Assembly (NCBI GenBank): GCA_001179505.1
Contig: CDMY01000466.1
Coordinates: 186,001-250,000 of the forward strand
Length of the DNA: 64,000 nucleotides
Origin: Vitrella brassicaformis CCMP3155
Taxonomy: Eukaryota > Protista > Chromerida
Reading direction: 5' to 3'
Position numbers and translations under genes: made by a program. This document shows, one piece after another, positions 50,978 to 61,269 of the stretch. Each line of letters starts with the position of its first letter. Position 1 is the first letter of the stretch. Below the pieces are notes generated by a model. That model was not told the origin of the DNA, ran no database searches, and saw nothing but the letters and a program-made list of their open reading frames with translations.

Positions 50978-53970
50978 TCACTGTGACACGGCTGCCATGA
51001 GGTCCCTGTACCGAGTGTCAAGCGTCGCCGAGTCCCCTTGCCTCTGCCGCTCACTGATCAGCTGGGCCGCCTCACTGCCTGTCGCCGTCACGGCCTCAAA
51101 GATCTGACACACACACACACACCAATCCAAACCAGCGTATGGACATACACCCAGTGTCCATCTCACCCAGCCCCCCACCCACCTTATTTTTCGACACTTC
51201 TGGCCGGCAGAGTGCTTGGGCGCATAGATCTGCCACCTGCTGCCTGCTCACGATACCGCCGTACTTCTCGTCTGCCCCATACACCACCAGCGGGTGTTCC
51301 CTCTCGTAGTCGTCACCGGCCCTTTCAAGCCCGCCTGGCCTCACAATGGTGTACTGGAGGCCGCTCTTCTCCAAGAGTCGTTCAGACTGCCTCTTGATGA
51401 GAAGAATGCCGCCGAACAGGTTAAGTGATGACGCCGGGAGGCCGAAGGAGCCTGTGCCGAGGCTGGTCACTAGAACAAAGTGCCGCAGCAGCTGATTGGT
51501 CTCTGTGGAGTACGGTGCAGTGGCAGCCGAGATGCGGATGAGATTCTGAACACACACACATACACATGCTGACACACTCATGTGTTGTTTGTCAAGGTTG
51601 GCCACTGACCTGTGTAATCTTCCCGTCGACCGTCGATGGTGCGGCAAGAGAGAGAGAGTTAGCCCCCAGCGCGCACACGACGAATGGGCAGCCCTGGATG
51701 GCCCTGCTGATGCTGTCCTCGTTCATCCCATCCCACTCTCTGAACTCAAGCCGGCCCTTGATGTCCTCCTCTTGCCCAATGAAGCTGCTGTTGGCATAGA
51801 TCGCCTCCGCCCGAGTGATGCCGCCCGGTCGCACCCCCGCAACAACACGCCAGCCCTGTTCCAGCAGCGATCGGACGACCCGCCTGAAGAGTTCGTCCCA
51901 CCCTCAATCAAAGACCACCAGAGGTGCGTGCGATATATAAGTGTGCGGTAAGTGATTACCTACCGTCCAGTGCGCCCAGTAGCTCCAGCGACGAACACAG
52001 GCCCCGATAGAGGCTCCAGCGACGTCCACGGCTGACCGCTGGCCTGCTCTTCCCTATCGGCCTTGACGACGGGCGGCGACGCCGACAACTCGTCGTCACT
52101 CTCTCGGCTGCTGCCGCCTTCGATCGGTATCTCTGTGGCTCTTGACCTGCCGGGGAAGCGGTCCACGAGTGTCCTCAGCAGCCCCTTCTGTGAGCTGAGA
52201 CCGAGGTAGCTGAGGGCGGCGCGGAGCCGTTGCCGCGGTGTGGGCTGCCTGATGATGTATGCAGAGCGACGTGCGATAGACGCGAGGGGGCCGCCGAGTG
52301 TCACCCGGTCGCCCAGGGCCGCCACTGAGCCGTCCAGTGGACCGAAGGTCAGCATCTCGCCAAGCTTGGTGTACCTGCAGCCAACCAACACCATGAACAA
52401 CATGCCATGCCGGTCGGGTAGGTAGAGTTGTGGATGTTTGGCATCTGCTTGACATGACATGCATCTCGCCAAGCTTGGTGTACCTGCAGCCAACCAACAC
52501 CATGAACAACATGCCATGCCGGTCGGGTAGGGAGAGTTGTGGATGTTTGGCATCTGCTTGACATGACATGCGCCACGCACCGCACGGCACGCACCTGTAT
52601 GCGAGTGGCTTTTTGTCGTTGTACGATGCCCATATGTTCCAGACGAGGTAGTCGGCCTGCTGGAAAGCCGCCTGTGCAGTGCCCTCACCCTCCACTCCTC
52701 CCAGGTCAGCCACGTCACCGATCGCATACACATCCCCAAGACCCTTGACTGCCAATGTCCGCTCCACCGCCAGCCGACCGCCCCTGCCCCTCTCCACCCT
52801 GCCGTTGACCATGTCAGCGAGGCCGCTCGCCCTCACACCAGCCGTCATGATGACTAGGTCGGCCGGCAGCACAGAGGAGTCCTCACTGCCCTTTTTCTGC
52901 ACCACCACCTCGCTGCCCGACGTGTCGCTTGCTGGCCGGATGGAGGCCACGCTTGTCTCCAGGCTGACGTCGACGCGAGCCTCGCGCAGCGCACGGATGG
53001 CCTGCTTGCGGTTGTGCTCGGCGGAGAGGGGCATCAGCTGGGGGCCCCTGTGCAGCAGGGAGATCTGGGGTGGGGGGCTCTGTGAGGAGAGGGCGGCAGC
53101 GAGGTTGGTGGCGAGCTCCACACCGATGTACCCGCCGCCAACCAAGACGACGCGGGCTGGGCGGTCCCGAATGCGCTGCAACAAACATGCCAGGACAGGT
53201 GAAGGAGAGCGATCGATGCGTGATCTGCTGTGCCTGTGTGCCTGTTCGTGTTCGTGCTACACCTTGATGCGTTGTATCTCCTTTTTGAGCTGAATAGCGT
53301 CATTGAGGGCTGTGAACCTCAGCGCCCTCTCCACTCCAGGGATGCCCCCCGCCGACGGCTCCCCACCCATCGCAAGCACCAGCCTCCCGTAACCCAGCTC
53401 CCTCCTTTCTCCTCCTGCACCGCTGACGCTCAGCTTCTTCCCATCGACGTCTATGCTGTCGACCCTGCCCTTGACGAATCGTATGCCGGTGCCGTAGAGC
53501 AGCTCCCTGAACAGCGGCGCCACCTCCGATTGCTCGGCGGTGCCCACGGCCAGCTCGTATAGCAGCGGCAGGAAGACGAACTGGTCCTTGGTGTCTATCA
53601 GTGTGATCTCGGGCTGCACCTTCCACGGCAGCTTGCTCAGACCCAAGGCCGTCAGCAGACCGCCGAAACCGCCGCCCACGATGCAGATGCGATTCGCTGA
53701 CGACTCGGCATCGCTGCCGCTGGTGCGGGCAGATGCAGCAGTGCCGTCAGCGGCTGCTGGCAGTGCTATGCCGTTCCTGCGGATAGATCTGATGGACGAG
53801 ATGGATGCCGATGGCTGCAGCCGTGATGGTGATGAGTGGCGTGGCGTGTTGCGTGGTAAGCGTGGTGCTGAGATGCGGAGGAAAGCTGCGCGGGCGCTGA
53901 TGTCGTGGTCTGCATGACAGTAGATCAGGGACAGGGTGAGAGAGATCAAGAGCTGCAGCGGCAGGCACAT
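50978..53970 (-). CDS. NDC1: Plastid-targeted type II NAD(P)H dehydrogenase (NDC1/NdbB-like) fused to a C-terminal Tic62/NmrA-like NAD(P)-binding Rossmann domain
   Basis: Signal peptide + AAF + transit peptide. RICIVGGGFGGL..ALGL...FVFLPLLYEL, VVLVGGGYIGVELA, VYAIGDVA, TAQAAFQQADYLVWNIWAS...YTKLGEMLTFG. The same exon continues without a stop into VFVAGATGRTG|RRVVRSLL...FVLVTSLG...KRQSERLLEKSGLQYTIVRPGGL...SRQQVADL...NK|IFEAV. Confidence 0.88.
52352..52569. repeat. Two-copy 109-bp direct tandem repeat spanning an intron 3' end and exon start
   Basis: 52352-52460 and 52461-52569 are identical except for one base (ggtaggtag versus ggtagggag). Confidence 0.95.
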
Positions 53971-54081
53971 TTCAACAAACGTCCTCATTGTCTGTGGTTG
54001 GAGGCGCGATCTTTTCAGGTGAAAGGGTTTTCAGGGTCTAGGGTTCTTCCCTTTTCCGAGGCAGAGCTGCTGGACAGATCG

Positions 54082-55600
54082 ATGGCGTCGGTGTGGAGGT
54101 GAGTGAGTGTCACACACAAATGCAACACACACTGGTGTGTCCGCATTGTGTCCATTGTCTGCAGGCTGCCCATTGTGCTGCTCGTTCTGTCCGTCGCCCT
54201 ATCACCGTTGCTGTCTTCTGCCGCCTTCGTCCGGCCCATCCGGCTGACACACACAGGGCCCATCGGAGTGGCACACCAACCGCAGCCCACGCCGACGTCA
54301 ACTGGAGGGAGGCCGTTGACCGCCCTGAGTGCTGGAAGATTCAACCTCTACAAGCATCTCAGCCAACGGGATCTCACCTGTGCCAACGTGGGGGCGTTAA
54401 GCGGCATCCTGATCTCTTGGTGGTTCACCATCACGGCCGCCATAGTGGGGCAGTACATCGACGCCATTTTCATAAGGTATCTTGCGTGAGGGTGGCTGCA
54501 TCGCACATCAGTCAGTCGGCTTGTCTGTATCTGTCTGTATGTGCATCTGCGTGCAGTTCGAGCGGCCAAGAGATCGTGACCAAGTGGGCGAGTGTGGAGG
54601 TTGACGCCGTTGCCGTACTTTCTCAGCTTGCCTTGGCGACAGTGCTGCTGGTGCCCCCTACCGTGTTCTGGTGAAACAAGATCCCGGGAAGTTCCACCAT
54701 AACCAGAGATCGTAACTGATGGATGGGCGGATGCAAGTCTACCCACATCCATGGACATCTTCTTGTGTATGTGTGTTGCGTCGATCAATCAGGTGACCTG
54801 CCGTCGGACGTACAACTGCTCGAGAACAGCTGGACAAAACCTGCGGCAGGAGAAGAACAGAAGCCGCTGGCTCCCATGAGGATGCGGGACATGAGTGGGC
54901 CGGATTGGAGATGCGTGTTCCTGGGCCAGGCCGTTGGCTGTCTGCTGTTCGGCTACGTCAAGGCTTTTTTTGACGTAACATCTTTGAGTATGGCGGGTGT
55001 CGAGGGGGGCGCACTCGGGCTGTTGGCGATTGCAACGTTTGCCGCGCCCACGTTGGTCTGGGGGTATTGGGTCTCCTTCTGGTGGAAGGCTGTCGTAGAG
55101 AGTGTGAGTGATGGATGGATGGATGGATGTGACGCAGAGAGAAGGTCCAGCAGCAAAGGTAGGTTTATACGTATCGAGGGAGGGATTTAGGTAAATAGGT
55201 CGGCAGTTTATGTATCGTATGTGAGTGTGTGGCGGCAGAGCACGTATTGAGGCACACACGAGCACAGGCAGGGCGAGAGGGCGGGAAGAGGGAAGTCTAG
55301 ATGGTGGCGAGAGGGCGAGTCTTTTGTCATGCGGGGACCTAGTGGACCTGGTATTCAGGTGGCTTGGTGCCTGGGGTTCGGGTCTTTTCACAGCTATGCC
55401 AGGCACACGGTCAGAGGGCCCCACCCCACCCCAGGTCTGCTGTGCGCGGACATTGGTGTGTGTATGTGCCAGCATTGGATTGATTGACCAATTGATGCCT
55501 TTGTGTGTGTTGTGTTGGTTGACGGATGGATGGATCGATCGGTTCAAAGCAGTCGCAGACAACGAAGGGAGCAAGGAAGGGATTCATTCAAGCGGCAGCA
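54082..55600 (+). CDS. Putative plastid-targeted multi-pass membrane protein with an in-frame TGA at 54672-54674; 3' end uncertain
   Basis: MASVWR|LPIVLLVLSVALSPLLSSAAF (signal + F motif), followed by several hydrophobic helices in exons at 54165-54476, 54557-54711 and 54793-55110. Confidence 0.5.
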
Positions 55601-55693
55601 GTCGGTATCGTATGTATGTACACCGCACACAAAGAGGTCTGGTCTAATCAACACACAGCCCCCCCGCCCCTCCCCTGTCACTCCCTCCCTCTC

Positions 55694-58600
55694 TCATGTG
55701 TAGACGTGTTTTGTGGCAGTGATTTTCTGTCTACACCTGGGACACAGCCGCTGGTCTACGGGGCGGCTCATGAGGGCAGCCGCACAAGCGCCGCACAGAC
55801 AGAAATGGCGGCAGGGCACCAACACGACGCATCTCTTGTCAGCCATGCAGATGTCGCACTCAGTGCTCTCCTCCAGCCTGCACACACACAAGCCACCCAT
55901 TTGGCGATCATCTCTCATACGTGTTGGTCGGATCACATACCTGTCCTTCTCCCGCTTGATGGCATCCCTCTCGACCCGCATGGCCTCGAGCTGCTGCCGC
56001 AGCGTCTCCAACTCGCTCACCTCCTCACCACCACACCTGCAGACAGCCAGCGCGTACCGACAGACGCGGCCAAGGCTGGCTGATGTCTGTGTTCCCATTT
56101 CCCTCGGCTCCCTGTGCGTAAGTAAATGCGTACCTGCCCTGACCACCGCCGCCCTCGTCGTCCGCCGCCCTCTGCAAACCGCTACTGCTACCGCTACTGA
56201 TGCCTGCCAACGGGGCAAAGCCATGCCCATCGGAGCCAACACCGCTGGATGATGACGATGCGACACCTGTTGCACAGGCGGCAGATGACGGACTGGCAGC
56301 CGACGATGCCTTGGGGGTCGCTATGCCAGCAATGGGGAATGACGGCTGCTGCATCTCGTGCGGTGGTGGCAGGATGGGCACGCCGAGGCCGCGACCCGCT
56401 CCACGACGCACTGGAGCATCGCCATAGCCGCCCGGTGCACCATTGGTGGCCATGTGGGATGGGACTGGGGGAGCAGGGCGGGGTGGGCGAGGTGGCAGGT
56501 GAAAGGGGAGGGGCGGCGCATTGCCGGGGTCGCCACGCACCGACGAGCGGGATGAGGAGGGGCGAGTCGACTCGGACGAAGAAGGCAGCACTGATGTGTT
56601 AGATCTGCATGAGCACACTCACACAGACACGAGTAGACAGCCAATATAAACGGTCGGTCTTGTTGCTTGTACCTGTCGTGTGGTATGTCGGTTCTTTTTG
56701 TCTGCTGCTGCTGTGCCTCCCCGCCAGACGTTGGCTCGGTGCTGCCCTTGCCCTTCTTCCTACGACCGACCGTGACGAACCCGCCGCCCTCGACACCACC
56801 ACCACCATCAACCGCCCTCACCTGCTGCCCACTGCCGGCAGCCGCAGCCGCCGATGCAGACGAGAAGGATGAGCATGAGGGTCGGGGAGGGGACGGGGGT
56901 GAGGGGCTGGCGGGGCCGGGCAGACCATGATGGTCTTCTGTGTCCTCCTCGTGCTCATGCTCCTTGGGGTCCACGTCTATGTTGTCAGCGCCAATACTAC
57001 GTGTAGGCCAACACACACACATCATCAGCGGTCCATATGAATGGCCTCTTCTCCCGTCTGTCCAGCTCACCCACCTGGATGACGATGCCGTTTCATTGGT
57101 GTCGGTCGTCTTGGTGGCGTTGGCCCCCCTGCCGCCCCTCTTGCCCTTCGATCGCTTCTTGCCGCCCCTACTGCCGCTGCTGCTGCTGGTGTTGGTGTCC
57201 TTCTTGCCCTCATCTATGTGGTCATCTGCCAGCTCGGCCGCCAGGAGTGAGTCGGCCCGCTCGTTGGCCGCACGCTCTATCTCGTCAAAGAACTCCAACA
57301 ACTGAAGACAACATGCAGTCAATGTGGCCTGCGAACAGCCATGTGTGTGTGTCATCTGATGTGTGTCACCTCCTTGGGCACTATCAGCTGCTGATGTCCC
57401 TTGCGTCTCCCTGGCTGCCGTGCGGCCGCGCGCCTCGTCTTGACGGACTCGTGCTGGAGGATGGCCTGGGTGACGCTGTTGGGACGGGATTTGCCCCCTC
57501 GGCTGCTCACGTGATCGCCATAGCTGCACCGACAGACAGACAGACAGACAGACAGAAGTGGAGTTAGTTTTGTGGATCGGGCAGGTCTGTATGTCCGTGT
57601 GTGTGAGTGAGTGTGTACCTGACGAGAGCACTCAGAGAGCCGACTGCGACGTTCACGAATCTATCCACCTTCTGCTGGTCGACCTGGCCGCCCTTGATCA
57701 GGCAGAACGCCATCTCACATAGGGCTGTGGGAAGACCGTCACGCACAGCGATCTGCAGTACACACATACATGGCCGTCCTCCCTGCCGGCCTGTCTGTCT
57801 GCTTGCTTGCGCGTCTGACCCTTGCCCGTTCGTCAGTGAGGTCTGTGGCGGCCCCGACGATCGACACAAGCGTGTCAGCGAAGTCGGCCAGACCTTGCGA
57901 TTCCGTGCTGATGCGGGAGGGCAGCTGCGACATGATCGAGATCCATCCAGCGCGGCACAAGTCGTCATGGTAGCCACACGCTGCAAGGAGGGAACAGATA
58001 GCAACATCTCTTGTGCTGCACCCTCCCCTCTTCACCGGTCAGCACAGACGGGACATGCACAGAGAATAAGAAAGAGGCAGTGCGGGCGTAGGCGGAGATG
58101 GCGGTGTAGGCATCCAGCGCCCCTGGTACCCCCATGAAGCGCTGGGCGGGGCCGTTCGGCAGAGATGCAAAATGACCCATACCTGCGCATGAATGGGTAG
58201 ACAGACAGATACGCGTATCCACCCACGTGCGGCTATGTTGTGTACCTACCGGTCGCTCGTGTGAACGCTTTGCCAAGGAAGAAGATGTTCTCCACGGACC
58301 GGGCGGCACCGCGGCGCACGCCCTCGTCTGCGTCAGGAGACGTCAGCGTGGCGGCCAGTGTGTCGATCTGACCACATTAGCCAAGACAGACATGTGTTTG
58401 TGCTGTGCGGTGTCTGTCTTGTTTGACATCTACCAGGGGGCATATGTGCTTCTGCAGCGCCTTCAGACACTCAGCACGATCGGAATCCGACCCTGAAAGG
58501 GCACGTGCAGGGCATTAGCCGCACAACTCAACTTCCATTGTCGGTGTGCCTGAGCACCTTTGTCGCCCAAGCAGCGGATGTAATGGCAGCAGTGTGAAAG

Positions 58601-59474
58601 GATCTCCTTTGCCATATTATTGCTGACCCTAAAGAGCAAAGAGGAACGTGCACCATATCAAGGCTGTCTGTCTGCCTGCCTGCCTGCCTGCCTGTCCCAT
58701 TGCTTGCATACTTTTCGTCCCGGATTTCCTTCCTCTCATGTGTCCTGATGAGTACCGTCACTCGAAACAGGGCACCCAGATGAACGTCGGCATGGGAGCC
58801 CATGGGAAGGCAGGCCATGGGATGTGACGCGGTGTGCAAAATGCCGATATCAGGAAGGCCATTGCCATGGTGCCGCGCTCATTGTCCTCAGCGATCTTCT
58901 CCAGGGACTCGATGGCTCTCTCGAATACGCCAGGATGTCGATGCACCAAATGGTCGCGGGTGTCGACCGCGTTGCCCTCGTGCCGGCCCTTGACCATGGA
59001 GTCCGCCAGCAGCGCGAAGGCGGCATTCTCTACGGTGAAGCTTGCTTGGTTCAGGTTGGCCTCGTCCAGCACCCGGGCGACAGAGCTGATGAATGTTTGG
59101 GGCGAGCCACCGACCGCCGAGATGAGCTCCTTGGTGGTGTAGGGCATCGGGCGACACTCGCCCAGAAGGTTCAGCACCTTGGCCGCCGACTCTTGGCGTC
59201 CCCTGTTGCCGCCATCGATGAACGACCCACACACCCGCCCCAGCAGACGCTCGCCGCACAGCCGCTCCGCCAGCTGCGCCACCCACCCCGGAGGCTCCTC
59301 CCCCTTTGGTATAGCCGCCACCGCGCCCTGAGCTGCCCTTCCGAGTGTGCTGAGGCCATCGGTGAGTGCGTCATCGGACGGCTGATGCGGTGACGAGATT
59401 CTTCTGATGGCCGCGTCGACGTCAGAGGGCCGGGGGGAGGCGCCAGGTGAGGCGCTGATGCTGCCGTCACTCAT
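55694..59474 (-). CDS. Helical N-terminal domain + C-terminal C3HC4 RING E3-ligase-like protein; paralog of 278-4042
   Basis: ORFs 58758..59474, 57739, 57564, 56321, 56025 and 55694..56275, ending ECDICMADKRCVVLVPCRHFCLCGACAAALMSRPVDQRLCPRCRQKITATKHVYT*. The frame is continuous across the segment that is frameshifted in copy 1. Confidence 0.8.
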
Positions 59475-59799
59475 GACAGAAGCCGGGATGGGTCAGTGCT
59501 ATCTCAGCGCCGTGATGGATGAATGCACGATGGCACCCCGCGAGAGTGATCCAGTCATAGGAACCGCTGGCAAGTGCGGATGCTTCTTTTCCATCTTTGC
59601 CTGCCCGCGTGCGCGATGAGGCCGCATCTATGTATTTTCTCTCCTACACCACAAATGCCTCCTGTCGATCCACTGATAAGCTCGCATCTTTCAACTACTG
59701 ATCCCTCCCGTGCCGTGCGTGCGCTGACATCGGCAGGCGCGGGAGAGAGTGTGGGCGTCGTATCGCAACCTGGGCATGGTTGGTCCGCGTGCCTAATCG

Positions 59800-61238
59800 A
59801 TGCGTCGGTACCAGCCCTGCCAGAGCCAAAACATCCAAGTCGGGGTGCGCGTCAGGTATGTACACAGAGGGATGAAAGGGAGGCGGGCCAGATGCACGGG
59901 CGGAACGTCGGCCTGATGGATTCATGGATGGATGGATGGATGTGGGCGTGTTGTGCAACCCACCTGTAGGCCTCCGTTGGGTGAGTGCGAGTCGTCTGTG
60001 GTTAGAGTAGTGGGCAATGCGGTGCAACTGTCGGGCCTCGACAAGAGCTTCGTCTTCGACCACGTCTTTGACCATGACTGCACACAGCAGGAGGTCTTCG
60101 CAGGTGCGTATGTATGTGTGTTAGTCGGCATGCCGTGTGGCACCAAACACAGCCGATATCACAAAATGCACATACGTGTGTTGTCCTCCCTGTCTGCTGT
60201 CTGGTTGGCTGGCTGTGTGTGTGTGTGTGTGTGCGTGTGTGTGTGAGCAGCCATCGGCGGGCCGCTTCTGCAGGCCGCCACAGAGGGATACAACGCCACT
60301 GTGTAAGGGGAGAGGATATCATATCGACAACGGGCACATCAATCCCTCAATCTGTTTCATGTGATGTGTGGGTCAGGTTTGCGTACGGGCAGACCGGTTC
60401 GGGCAAGACGTATACCATCCAGGGCCCTCTCGCAGATGCGGACAACCAGGGGGTCCTCCCCAGGGTAACCACAGCACCACCGCACACCTACAATACAAAG
60501 AGCACAAGGCTTTCGTTCGTTTGTTTGTTGGTTGGTTGGCTGGCTGATGGATGGCCGGTGTGGTGGGTGTGATGGCTGTGCTGCGCTGCACACACAGACG
60601 TTAGAGCGCATAGTGGACGAGAAGCGTCGCGTAGAGGTTGAGGGTCAGCAGCAGCTGCTGATAAAGTGTTCCTACTGCGAGATATACCAGGAGCAGGTCT
60701 ACGACCTGCTCGTCATCAACAGCCCCGCACTCAGCCTCAGAGAAGACATCAACAAGGGGGTAACTAACGAAACAAACATTGACTTACACACGGCACGGAC
60801 AATAGCAAAGGGTTCCTAGATGGGATGGCTGTGTTGTGTTGTGTGTCCGGGTCAGGTGTACGTTGACTGTTTGTCTGAAGAGGTTGTCGAGGAGCTCGAT
60901 GAGGCACTCACGGTACGTCACACAGGCACATCCATCCATCCGTCCGTTCAACTACACTGTGGTGCTGGTTGGCCTGGCGTGCCCTGCCAGCTGTTTGAGC
61001 GTGGTGTGGCCCACCGGCACATCGGCGAGACCACCATGAACAGAGAGTCGTCACGCTCACACGCAGTACGCCATCCCATCGAGCACCAACCACAAAGGAA
61101 TACCTGTTTGTCCAACCCTCCCTACTTGCATCTTCCTGGCGCCATGTCATGTCAGGTGTTCACCATCTCCATCCAATCAAAGCGGGCGGAGTCTGAGGGT
61201 AACTATCGCAATATATGCAGCAAAGACAATGAAGCCTG

Positions 61239-61269
<31 letters not shown>

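Noticed and set aside
52352-52569. Possible CRISPR-like or transposon terminal repeat
   Set aside because: Only two abutting copies, with no spacers, TIRs or TSD; a simple tandem duplication.
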